Source of the DNA: Ylistrum balloti
Lineage: Eukaryota
DNA length: 64,000 bases
Reading direction: 5' to 3'
Assembly: GCF_031769215.1 (NCBI RefSeq)
Contig: NW_026783070.1
Location: 1-64,000, forward strand
Numbering within the stretch: position 1 is the stretch's first letter; each line of letters opens with the position of its first letter. The notes under the pieces are model-generated. The model saw nothing but the letters and a program-made list of their open reading frames with translations, was not told the DNA's origin and did no database searches. Positions 12,223 through 23,752 of the stretch are shown here, piece by piece. Made by a program: the position numbers and the translations under genes.

Positions 12223-14555
12223 TAGTCAAATCTGGTTCTATTTTTTAAAACACTCCTCTTAGAAGAGATTCAGCATCTCCAACCTCATGAGAATATTACA
12301 ATCAACAGTAAGTGGAATAATATTTCTCAAGATAACAATCTAGAAATGTACAATGGGATCTAATGTTTCATGTGGCATACGACCATCTTGAATGATGCAC
12401 CATAGGAGCGAAAAATATACTATAGAATCATCATACCTACTATTTGGACATACTATTATAGATACCAGAATCTACAAGAAGGACATGTGTACTTTCAATT
12501 TGTAATTACACTTACTAAATAATGTCAGTAACTTTATTGAAAAATTAGCTTAATTACTATAAGCATTTAAATTTTTGAAATATTACTTTTTTTAGAGTAG
12601 TAAAACACCCGTACAATTTTTGCTGTTAGGAATTATTTGTGGTGTTCTTTGGTCTGTTTTGGTATGTTTTTCCTACCAATGTATAAAATGTAGCATCAGA
12701 CCATTTGTATAGAAGATGACCTCTTACAGTACATACATATGCCTGCGTGAAGTCCTAATTGTTAACATTGATGTACTAGACACCGTCTCTTAAATTGGCC
12801 AGTCCCAAGTGACCTATAACAGTGTACAGTCTCGTGTGTCGATATCGTATGATCCATCATTTTGGCTTTGTGTGATAACATTTACTTTTGAATTCAATCT
12901 TGTCCGATGTTGTTCTGGCTTTAAATTTGTAAAATAATGATATTCCTCATAAATCAAATTGAAAGGTTTTAAACTTTGCTTACAAGAAAGGCCATCAAAC
13001 TTGTGGAATCAGTATCATTTACCAGAACGTCACCTGAAAGTTTACAATTTTGTTAAGAATAGATCATCTTCATATATTTAACAATGTATGATTTGACAAG
13101 TAAGACAGATATTAAAACATGGAATACATTTGTAAAAAAAATAACAAAAATAGCCCACCATTTTAGTATATATAGATGTGACTCTTGTAATGTTTTACAA
13201 AACCCGAGTTATGCCAGATCGTGGTTTTTGTGTTGTATATAAATGTTGTTGATCATGCATATAATGATATATTACAGACTGTACAACAGACGCCTAAGTA
13301 TATAAGTATTCACATGTGAGATGGTGTCAGTGTACTTCCGGTCTGTGTTATCTATGCCGACATTAGACCTACAATGCGGGACAATATCCAGACGTCATCA
13401 TTTCTGTGCATTTTTCGACGGAAGTGAATTAAGTATCAATGTTGATGTATATTAATGAAAGCCAATAATTTTATCATTTGCTTGCTGAGGACAAGCGCTG
13501 ATTGGTCAAAAACATACAATTTTATCCAATCCCGGAATATGCTTCTGGATTGGGTGATGAATGTACCATCTTATAGTGTAAATTAAAGAAATCCCAATGA
13601 AATGATGTCATAACTGAATCCCCTTCATGTAATAAACATTCATATTATGAAACTGGTCTGAATATTTTTCCTGTCGATGCAAACGAAGAAACCTAATATT
13701 GTTTTATAAATGCAGAAAAAACTCCTGATTTTTTCACTGTAAATAACACTGTTGGTCTGTTTGTGCTGTTCGGAACAATGACGAAGTGTTCCTCAGTTTA
13801 GGCCCTTTCACAAACTCTCATAACATCTGCTGTTATCAGTTGGAAAGCCGTGTGTAAGTCACTGAAATATATCTGCCATCTATAAATTAAAAAACTCTTT
13901 TTTATCAGGTTAACCTTCACCATCGCCAATCTATAAAGGACTTGGAAAGCTACTCTCAAACCTCAAGACACCGACGCAGTTCTATTTACTAAACAGTGCA
14001 ACAGCTAGCTGTTGTATACCATAGTGTAGAGTGTTATATAAGTGACAGAACGTTATAAATTGTTACTTTGTATGTAGAATATGACTGAGAAATTCACGCC
14101 ATATCATAGATGTCTTAACACTTGTCATTTTTGCCCTAAAATTCTACATCAGAGAAGTATTTAGTTGCATATAGATGATGCTTGTGTTTGATATCAATTC
14201 TACATTTGTGTTGTCATGGTAATACGTTTGGACTATCTATCGATTGTTAGAATAAATATTTCGATCTGGAAAACCTCTTTGTTTTATTTGACAAGTCGTT
14301 CAATTATATCAAATCATATCTGTGTTCCTGCTACAAAATCCTACAAAAGCTACATGTGTTTGTTCATATCACCAAGATTGAGCAAACACGTGTTAATTAT
14401 AGTTATCCATAACTAATTAACTTAATCCTTAATTTTAAATGTGTGTTGAGATGCCCATAGATCGATAAATGCATTCTATGGGTTTTGTTATAAAAGCGCG
14501 ATTAGGTTTGGTGGTTTTTTTCGTTCGACGAAAGTGCTGCCGAAGCTACGCTACT

Positions 14556-15226
14556 GCGGCTACAGGAAAATCCCGACTAAGTACAGACTCCGTCGTACGT
14601 AACCGCGGCTATAGGAAAATCCCGACTAATTACAGACTCCGTCGTACGTAACCGCGGCTACAGGAAAATCCCGACTAAGGACAGACTCCGTCGTACGTAA
14701 CCGCGGCTACAGGAAAATCCCGACTAAGGACAGACTCCGTCGTACGTAACCGCGGCTACAGGAAAATCCCGACTAAGGACAGACTCCGTCGTACGTAACC
14801 GCGGCTACAGGAAAATCCCGACTAATTACAGACTCCGTCGTACGTAACCGCGGCTACAGGAAAATCCCGAGTAAGTACAGACACCGTCGTACGTAACCGC
14901 GGCTACAGGAAAATTCCGACTAATTACAGACTCCGTCGTACGTAACCGCGGCTACAGGAAAATCCCGACTAAGTACAGACTCCGTCGTACGTAACCGCAG
15001 CTATAGGAAAATCCCGACTAATTACAGACTCCGTCGTACGTAACCGCGGCTACAGGAAAATCCCGACTAAGGACAGACTCCGTCGTATGTAACCGCGGCT
15101 ACAGGAAAATCCCGACTAATTACAGACTCCGTCGTACGTAACCGCGGCTACAGGAAAATCCCGACTAAGTACAGACTCCGTCGTACGTAACCGCGGCTAC
15201 AGGAAAACCCCGACTAAGTACAGACT
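14556..15226. repeat. 49-bp CpG-rich minisatellite, ~13.5 copies
   Basis: Unit GCGGCTACAGGAAAATCCCGACTAAGTACAGACTCCGTCGTACGTAACC. Confidence 0.97.
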
Positions 15227-15665
15227 CGCACGCAAAACCAGCTTTCAGGATCTGATTCAAGATTTAATTGGCATTCGTCACACTAGTGTGTAAAATAAGA
15301 AGTTAAAACAGTCTACAGGTTGGAACAGATCGTGTCGGAATGTTTGATATACATTGATAAAGAGTTTGTAGAGTTCAGCGAGCTGAATCATAAAAAAAAC
15401 ATAGAAAAACAAAGTTAGGCTGTCTTGAACACCTTCTATAGATAACCAAGAAATAAATTACATGTCGTTAATAACCACTTATTACGTCATTGTAGCCGAG
15501 TTTAATTTGTGTTATCTGTACAGTTCGTACCCGTGTATGTATATACTGCGATTCACGTGTTCAGATCGCGTAATAAGACAATTTGTTACTATGATGGTGT
15601 CGAGAATTTCTAGCTATCTATCACTACAACTTCCAAACGTCTTTTTTCTTTCTTTTTTTTTGTAT

Positions 15666-15760
15666 GTCGTAGTGGTGTAGTGGTAAGGCAGTTAAAGGAT
15701 TTCTTGGCTAGGCAATTTGGAGTCGAAGACCGTGAGTTTTAAGCCCGGTAAGGGCGTGGG
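15666..15760 (+). mobile_element. Possible degenerate tRNA-derived SINE head
   Basis: A-box-like TGGTGTAGTGGT and B-box-like GAGTTTTAAGCCC with tRNA-like spacing; no complete cloverleaf evident. Confidence 0.35.
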
Positions 15761-15986
15761 TGAAAACGATCTTACTTCAAAAATTGCGTGCAAATATATA
15801 TACATTGTTTATATTTGTATAACCTATATAAACCATATACTTACATATTCCAAAGCTTCCTTTTATCAGTTTAACAGGTACTCTCTTCTGTAGTTACCAA
15901 TATTTAGCTCGAAGATTCCGTATCAAGACACGCACAATGAGACAAAAATGGCTTAAACACATGGGGGAGGGTTAGCATAGAGAAAT

Positions 15987-17054
15987 GTGTTGCAAATACT
16001 GAAACTTGGAAAGGCCTCGGGCCAGGATGAAATTAGTCATTATATGCTAAAAAATGTTTGTAATACTGTTTGTAAACCACTTGAGTTACTATTTAATATG
16101 TCACTCTCTGTTGGTGTTTATCCCAAAGTATGGAAATTAGCTAAAGTTATGCCGTTGTTTAAAAAGGGTGATAGACACTCTCCTTCTAACTACAGGCCAA
16201 TATCTCTACTGTCTACTGTTGGCAAAGTTTTCGAACGTGTAGTTTTCAATCATATCTATAATTATTTCATAGAAAATTCGTTGTTTTATCAATATCAGTC
16301 TGGTTTCTTGCCCGGACATTCTACTTTATATCAACTGATTGAAATGTATCATAATACATGTCTAGCACTCGAAGAAAAAAAAACATACATGTATCGTCTT
16401 TTGTGACATCTCAAAAGCTTTTGATAGAGTTTGGCATAAAGGTTTGTTTATTAAGTTAAAATCCTATGGAATAGACGGAGAGCCATTGGCTTGGTTGAAA
16501 GACTATTTACATCAGAGACATCAAAAAGTGTGTTTTAATGGGTCTTTTTCTAAATTAGGTTTTATAGATGCTGGGGTTCCACAGGGTTCTATTCTTGGCC
16601 CTCTTTTATTTCTAATTTATATTAATGATATAGTAGATGTATTCGATTCAGCTTCAAGACTTTTCGCAGATGACACTTCTCATCAATGTTCTTCTTCCTC
16701 CTATCAAGAAATTCAAACTATCCTTAACAAAGACCTTGAATCTCTTAATTCATGGGCTAAAACATGGCTTGTAACTTTTAATCCTGACAAAACGGATGTA
16801 CTTTTCATCTCTAATAATAATGAAATAGAAGGTTTATTAGAATTAGAATTTGATGGAAATATTTTAGATTTCACTGATAGTCACAGACATCTAGGTGTTA
16901 TTCTCAACTCAAGTATTAACACATTGTGATTTAGATTTGATATTGTATGGTAATAATGATCTTTCTCTTGAAACAAACTCGAAAATTGTTTTGAATGTCC
17001 AAAACTTTATTAAATCTAGTAATAGGTTCACTTGACGTCATCCGCCTAAACTAC

Positions 17055-17108
<54 letters not shown>

Positions 17109-17281
17109 CCTCCCCGCAAAATATGTAGTTAGTGTATTTGTTGCCATATGGCTATTGCGTTGTCTAACTATATTTTGTTATATATTGGGGAAAGGGTGTT
17201 TCATAAGTTGTAATAACTTGTACCTAATCCTCTGGTAATAATTTCTGCAATAAAATATGTTTAATTAAAAAAAAAAAAAAT
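15987..17281 (+). mobile_element. 5'-truncated CR1-like LINE with internal deletion, poly(A) tail and 11-bp TSD, copy 1
   Basis: RT motifs NYRPISLL, QSGF, (frameshift) CDISKAFDRVWH, GVPQGSILGPLLF, LFADD; ORF2 C-terminus LILYGNNDLS...FIKSSNRFT*; AATAAA at 17249; A-tail; CATAGAGAAAT at 15976-15986 and 17282-17292. Confidence 0.92.
17047..17103. repeat. (CT)n microsatellite in LINE 3' UTR
   Basis: Direct reading; the second copy is at ~21098-21152. Confidence 0.95.
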
Positions 17282-17485
17282 CATAGAGAAATCTCATCAA
17301 TCTTTAAAATGTTCGCTTTTGAATCCTCCATCCCTCGACGGATTTCATCCAATAGTACACTTGCCTCAAATCAAGATTGAGGTGCGTTTTAAGAACTCTG
17401 GGACATGTGTATTTGGATTGTTAATTACGTCATCTTAACGATGACGTCATTATTACGTCATACAACTAGTGCGTACTGATGAAGC

Positions 17486-18238
17486 ATGGAACTGAGTGTC
17501 GTTTGTATATTTTCGTTTTTCCATTTGGCCGTTTCCACTATGGATATGAATATGAAGGAAATGGAATTTATTGCCAACGAGTTGTCGCCAAAGGAGTGTA
17601 AAATGCTGGCAGAGGCGTTACATAGAAAGAAATTTCAGTTGCGGCAACCTGTAACAGGCGTTGGCGAAGCAGATGGTACTTGTCTGAGCAAGTTACTCCA
17701 TTGGGATAGCACGGAAGGCAAAGGTAAAACATTCAACATGCTTGCATTAAGACTTAGTCAAATTGGTAGAAATGATATTGCGGACAAAATTTCAAAAGAA
17801 ATATATCACGAACAAGCTGAAGCATTACATAAAAATTTCCTGGACGATCCATTTCGATCTATGATAGTCACCAACTCAATTCTACTGACCAATGATCAAC
17901 CTGTTGAAACTATTGGGAAGTCAAATGTGGTCGATAATTCTTTATCAACTACTGGGCTGGCGATGGTCATTATAGGGACTCTGTCTTTATTCTTGCTTAT
18001 AGTGGTCGTTTTTCGTAAATGTTGTCCTGGTTGTTTTTGTCGGACTTGGCGAAGATTGGCTCCAGATACCGTGGTCGATGTATGTGATCTTTGTTGTGGG
18101 GAAGTCCATGTGTGCTGTGTTGAGATGAAAAGAGATTATAAACAGTTTGTTGTTGGGGTAAAGCCAGTGGAAGAGGATGTTCTAGCACTACTGCCAAGTA
18201 TAGAGGAATCGGTAACGATACAGCCAAACGCCGAGTGA
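17486..18238 (+). CDS. TMDD1: Single-pass membrane protein with signal peptide, N-terminal death-domain-like fold and Cys-rich tail (TMDD1/C12orf81-like), copy 1, 250 aa
   Basis: Hydrophobic N-terminus; IANELSPKEC and CLSKLLHW...FNMLALRLSQIGRNDIADKISKEIYHEQA resemble the recalled TMDD1 death-like domain; TM ~157-179; CC-rich juxtamembrane tail. The family assignment is from memory, not from a search. Confidence 0.65.
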   Translation: MELSVVCIFSFFHLAVSTMDMNMKEMEFIANELSPKECKMLAEALHRKKFQLRQPVTGVGEADGTCLSKLLHWDSTEGKGKTFNMLALRLSQIGRNDIADKISKEIYHEQAEALHKNFLDDPFRSMIVTNSILLTNDQPVETIGKSNVVDNSLSTTGLAMVIIGTLSLFLLIVVVFRKCCPGCFCRTWRRLAPDTVVDVCDLCCGEVHVCCVEMKRDYKQFVVGVKPVEEDVLALLPSIEESVTIQPNAE

Positions 18239-19232
18239 GCTTGTTAACTAATTACCAAATAAAGAGGACTCGGGAACTGTACAACAAAACACCGATTGAA
18301 CTTGTTAATTACTACCAAATAAAGAGGAATCAGGTACTGTACAACAAATCGCCGAGTAAGCTTGTTGACTTACTACCAAATAAAGAGGAATCAGGTACTG
18401 TACAACAAAACGCTGAGTGAACTTGTTAACTGACTACCAAATACAGAGGACTCAGGTACTGTACAACAAAACTCCGAGTGAGCTTGTTAACTGACTACCA
18501 AGTAAAGAGGAATCAGGTACTGTACAACAAAACACCGAGTGAAGTTGTTAACTGACTACCAAATACAGAGGACTCAGGTACTGTACAACAAAACGCCGAG
18601 TGAACTTGTTAACTGACTACCAAATAAAGAGGACTCGGGAACTGTACAACAAAACGCCGAGTGAACTTGTTAACTGACTACCAAATAAAGAAGACTCAGG
18701 TATGTACAACAAAACGCCGAGTAAGCTTGTTGACTTACTACCAAATAAAGAGGACTCAGGTACTGTACAACAAAACGCCGAGTGAACTTGTTAACTGACT
18801 ACCAAATAAAGAGGACTCGAGAACAACAAGACGCCGAGTGAACTTGTTAACTGACTACCAAATAAAGAGGACTCAGGTACTGTACAACAAAACGCCGAGT
18901 GAACTTGTTAACTGACTACCAAATAAAGAAGACTCAGGTATGTACAACAAAACGCCGAGTAAGCTTGTTGACTTACTACCAAATAAAGAAGACTCAGGTA
19001 TGTACAACAAAACGCCGAGTAAGCTTGTTGACTTACTACCAGATAAAGAGGACTCAGGTACTGTACAACAAAACGCCGAGTGAACTTGTTAACTGACTAC
19101 CAAATAAAGAGGACTCAGGTACTGTACAACAAAACGCCGAGTGAACTTGTTAACTGACTACCAAATAAAGAAGACTCAGGTATGTACAACAAAACGCCGA
19201 GTAAGCTTGTTGACTTACTACCAAATAAAGAG
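18226..19232. repeat. 60-61-bp minisatellite, ~16 copies, beginning inside the TMDD1-like 3' end
   Basis: Unit AAAACGCCGAGTGAACTTGTTAACTGACTACCAAATAAAGAGGACTCAGGTACTGTACAAC. Confidence 0.96.
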
Positions 19233-19758
19233 ACACAGTACTGCTTAGGATATGTTCTGCCACCACCAATCCGATAATGAATTCAAACCGCAGAATTGCA
19301 CAGAGGCGGCCGCCAGCCTTGTCATCACCATCATCCTTTAGATGGTCAAGGCTGCTTACAACAACTGATAAGGATGCTTTGAACGTTTTGAGGGCATCTG
19401 CCCTGCTCGACCATCTAGTTTCGCAGAGAGTCCTTAATTTAGTCCTTTTTTCCATTTCGTACCGTGCGTTTTCGTTCGTAGCAAGATCGTTCTTGAATTG
19501 GAGAAGTCGTTTTGCAGAATAGTCGAAAGAAAACGCGATATCTTGGACAGTTGCCATCACATTCCGTACACAAGCCAAAGAGGAAGAATGTACGAGAGCT
19601 AAGTTCAATTGGTGAGACTTGCAATGAACGTAGGTCGCGTAAGGTGCTGTTTCTTTGATTATTGCTTGGACACCTTGAACTTTCCCGACATGTTTGCAGC
19701 ACCGTCGTAGCCCTGGGCCCGAAGTTTGTTGATATCAAAGCCGTTCTGCTGCAACACG
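19229..19758 (-). mobile_element. 530-bp internal fragment of the hAT transposase, copy of 25863-26392
   Basis: Constant offset 6634; apparently identical sequence (YDGA-MSGK...HCKSHQLNLALV...RWSSR). Confidence 0.95.
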
Positions 19759-20024
19759 AGTCGAAGACCGTGAGTTTTAAGCCCGGTAAGGGCGTGGGTG
19801 AAAACGATCTTACTTCAAAAATTGCGTGCAAATATATATACATTGTTTATATTTGTATAACCTATATAAACCATATACTTACATATTCCAAAGCTTCCTT
19901 TTATCAGTTTAACAGGTACTCTCTTCTGTAGTTACCAATATTTAGCTCGAAGATTCCGTATCAAGACACGCACAATGAGACAAAAATGGCTTAAACACAT
20001 GGGGGAGGGTTAGCATAGAGAAAT

Positions 20025-21094
20025 GTGTTGCAAATACTGAAACTTGGAAAGGCCTCGGGCCAGGATGAAATTAGTCATTATATGCTAAAAAATGTTTGTA
20101 ATACTGTTTGTAAACCACTTGAGTTACTATTTAATATGTCACTCTCTGTTGGTGTTTATCCCAAAGTATGGAAATTAGCTAAAGTTATGCCGTTGTTTAA
20201 AAAGGGTGATAGACACTCTCCTTCTAACTACAGGCCAATATCTCTACTGTCTACTGTTGGCAAAGTTTTCGAACGTGTAGTTTTCAATCATATCTATAAT
20301 TATTTCATAGAAAATTCGTTGTTTTATCAATATCAGTCTGGTTTCTTGCCCGGACATTCTACTTTATATCAACTGATTGAAATGTATCATAATACATGTC
20401 TAGCACTCGAAGAAAAAAAAAGATACATGTATCGTCTTTTGTGACATCTCAAAAGCTTTTGATAGAGTTTGGCATAAAGGTTTGTTTATTAAGTTAAAAT
20501 CCTATGGAATAGACGGAGAGCTATTGGCTTGGTTGAAAGACTATTTACATCAGAGACATCAAAAAGTGTGTTTTAATGGGTCTTTTTCTAAATTAGGTTT
20601 TATAGATGCTGGGGTTCCACAGGGTTCTATTCTTGGCCCTCTTTTATTTCTAATTTATATTAATGATATAGTAGATGTATTCGATTCAGCTTCAAGACTT
20701 TTCGCAGATGACACTTCTCATCAATGTTCTTCTTCCTCCTATCAAGAAATTCAAACTATCCTTAACAAAGACCTTGAATCTCTTAATTCATGGGCTAAAA
20801 CATGGCTTGTAACTTTTAATCCTGACAAAACGGATGTACTTTTCATCTCTAATAATAATGAAATAGAAGGTTTATTAGAATTAGAATTTGATGGAAATAT
20901 TTTAGATTTCACTGATAGTCACAGACATCTAGGTGTTATTCTCAACTCAAGTATTAACACATTGTGATTTAGATTTGATATTGTATGGTAATAATGATCT
21001 TTCTCTTGAAACAAACTCGAAAATTGTTTTGAATGTCCAAAACTTTATTAAATCTAGTAATAGGTTCACTTGACGTCATCCGCCTAAACTACCC

Positions 21095-21157
<63 letters not shown>

Positions 21158-21330
21158 CCTCCCCGCAAAATATGTAGTTAGTGTATTTGTTGCCATATGG
21201 CTATTGCGTTGTCTAACTATATTTTGTTATATATTGGGGAAAGGGTGTTTCATAAGTTGTAATAACTTGTACCTAATCCTCTGGTAATAATTTCTGCAAT
21301 AAAATATGTTTAATTAAAAAAAAAAAAAAT
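20025..21330 (+). mobile_element. CR1-like LINE with 11-bp TSD, copy 2
   Basis: Same as 15987-17281; TSD CATAGAGAAAT at 20014-20024 and 21331-21341. Confidence 0.92.
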
Positions 21331-21534
21331 CATAGAGAAATCTCATCAATCTTTAAAATGTTCGCTTTTGAATCCTCCATCCCTCGACGGATTTCATCCT
21401 ATAGTACACTTGCCTCAAATCAAGATTGAGGTGCGTTTTAAGAACTCTGGGACATGTGTATTTGGATTGTTAATTACGTCATCTTAACGATGACGTCATT
21501 ATTACGTCATACAACTAGTGCGTACTGATGAAGC

Positions 21535-22287
21535 ATGGAACTGAGTGTCGTTTGTATATTTTCGTTTTTCCATTTGGCCGTTTCCACTATGGATATGAAT
21601 ATGAAGGAAATGGAATTTATTGCCAACGAGTTGTCGCCAAAGGAGTGTAAAATGCTGGCAGAGGCGTTACATAGAAAGAAATTTCAGTTGCGGCAACCTG
21701 TAACAGGCGTTGGCGAAGCAGATGGTACTTGTCTGAGCAAGTTACTCCATTGGGATAGCACGGAAGGCAAAGGTAAAACATTCAACATGCTTGCATTAAG
21801 ACTTAGTCAAATTGGTAGAAATGATATTGCGGACAAAATTTCAAAAGAAATATATCACGAACAAGCTGAAGCATTACATAAAAATTTCCTGGACGATCCA
21901 TTTCGATCTATGATAGTCACCAACTCAATTCTACTGGCCAATGATCAACCTGTTGAAACTATTGGGAAGTCAAATGTGGTCGATAATTCTTTATCAACTA
22001 CTGGGCTGGCGATGGTCATTATAGGTACTCTGTCTTTATTCATGCTTATAGTGGTCGTTTTTCGTAAATGTTGTCCTGGTTGTTTTTGTCGGACTTGGCG
22101 AAGATTGGCTCCAGATACCGTGGTCGATGTATGTGATCTTTGTTGTGGGGAAGTCCATGTGTGCTGTGTTGAGATGAAAAGAGATTATAAACAGTTTGTT
22201 GTTGGGGTAAAGCCAGTGGAAGAGGATGTTCTAGCACTACTGCCAAGTATAGAGGAATCGGTAACGATACAGCCAAACGCCGAGTGA
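21535..22287 (+). CDS. TMDD1: TMDD1-like death-domain membrane protein, copy 2, 250 aa
   Basis: Differs from copy 1 by T135A and L170M plus one synonymous change seen. Confidence 0.65.
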   Translation: MELSVVCIFSFFHLAVSTMDMNMKEMEFIANELSPKECKMLAEALHRKKFQLRQPVTGVGEADGTCLSKLLHWDSTEGKGKTFNMLALRLSQIGRNDIADKISKEIYHEQAEALHKNFLDDPFRSMIVTNSILLANDQPVETIGKSNVVDNSLSTTGLAMVIIGTLSLFMLIVVVFRKCCPGCFCRTWRRLAPDTVVDVCDLCCGEVHVCCVEMKRDYKQFVVGVKPVEEDVLALLPSIEESVTIQPNAE

Positions 22288-23752
22288 GCTTGTTAACTAA
22301 TTACCAAATAAAGAGGACTCGGGAACTGTACAACAAAACACCGATTGAACTTGTTAATTACTACCAAATAAAGAGGAATCAGGTACTGTACAACAAATCG
22401 CCGAGTAAGCTTGTTGACTTACTACCAAATAAAGAGGAATCAGGTACTGTACAACAAAACGCTGAGTGAACTTGTTAACTGACTACCAAATACAGAGGAC
22501 TCAGGTACTGTACAACAAAACTCCGAGTGAGCTTGTTAACTGACTACCAAGTAAAGAGGAATCAGGTACTGTACAACAAAACACCGAGTGAAGTTGTTAA
22601 CTGACTACCAAATACAGAGGACTCAGGTACTGTACAACAAAACGCCGAGTGAACTTGTTAACTGACTACCAAATAAAGAGGACTCGGGAACTGTACAACA
22701 AAACGCCGAGTGAACTTGTTAACTGACTACCAAATAAAGAAGACTCAGGTATGTACAACAAAACGCCGAGTAAGCTTGTTGACTTACTACCAAATAAAGA
22801 GGACTCAGGTACTGTACAACAAAACGCCGGGTGAACTTGTTAACTGACTACCAAATAAAGAGGACTCAGGTACTGTACAACAAAACGCCGAGTGAACTTG
22901 TTAACTGACTACCAAATAAAGAGGACTCGGGAACTGTACAACAAAACGCCGAGTGAACTTGTTAACTAACTACTAAATACAGAGGACTCGAGAACAACAA
23001 GACGCCGAGTGAACTTGTTAACTGACTACCAAATAAAGAAGACTCAGGTATGTACAACAAAACGCCGAGTAAGCTTGTTGACTTACTACCAAATAAAGAA
23101 GACTCAGGTATGTACAACAAAACGCCGAGTAAGCTTGTTGACTTACTACCAGATAAAGAGGACTCAGGTACTGTACAACAAAACGCCGAGTGAACTTGTT
23201 AACTGACTACCAAATAAAGAGGACTCAGGTACTGTACAACAAAACGCCGAGTGAACTTGTTAACTGACTACCAAATAAAGAGGACTCGGGAACTGTACAA
23301 CAAAACGCCGAGTGAACTTGTTAACTAACTACTAAATACAGAGGACTCGAGAACAACAAGACGCCGAGTGAACTTGTTAACTGACTACCAAATAAAGAAG
23401 ACTCAGGTATGTACAACAAAACGCCGAGTAAGCTTGTTGACTTACTACCAAATAAAGAAGACTCAGGTATGTACAACAAAACGCCGAGTAAGCTTGTTGA
23501 CTTACTACCAGATAAAGAGGACTCAGGTACTGTACAACAAAACGCCGAGTGAACTTGTTAACTGACTACCAAATAAAGAGGACTCAGGTACTGTACAACA
23601 AAACGCCGAGTGAACTTGTTAACTGACTACCAAATAAAGAGGACTCGGGAACTGTACAACAAAACGCCGAGTGAACTTGTTATCTAACTACCAAATAAAG
23701 AGGACTCGGGAACTGTACAACAAAACACCGAGTGAACCTGTTAACTAACAAC
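22275..23752. repeat. 60-61-bp minisatellite, ~24 copies
   Basis: Same unit as 18226-19232. Confidence 0.96.

Larger units (their letters stand above)
15720..19232 (+). repeat. Segmental duplication unit, copy A1
   Basis: Matches 19758 onward at offset 4038 (4049 after the CT microsatellite); only a handful of SNPs seen by eye. Confidence 0.95.
19758..23752 (+). repeat. Segmental duplication unit, copy A2 (continues into unique sequence)
   Basis: Second copy of 15720-19232 with a longer minisatellite. Confidence 0.95.

Noticed and set aside
12950-14050. Possible decayed coding or transposase sequence
   Set aside because: All frames I tried contain several stops and no recognisable motif.
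15666-15760. Functional tRNA gene
   Set aside because: A- and B-box-like motifs are present but no convincing acceptor or anticodon stems; at most a SINE relic.
1-23752. Regularly spaced 30-60 bp repeats as CRISPR arrays
   Set aside because: Units are contiguous with no unique spacers, there are no cas genes, and the context is eukaryotic (spliceosomal introns).
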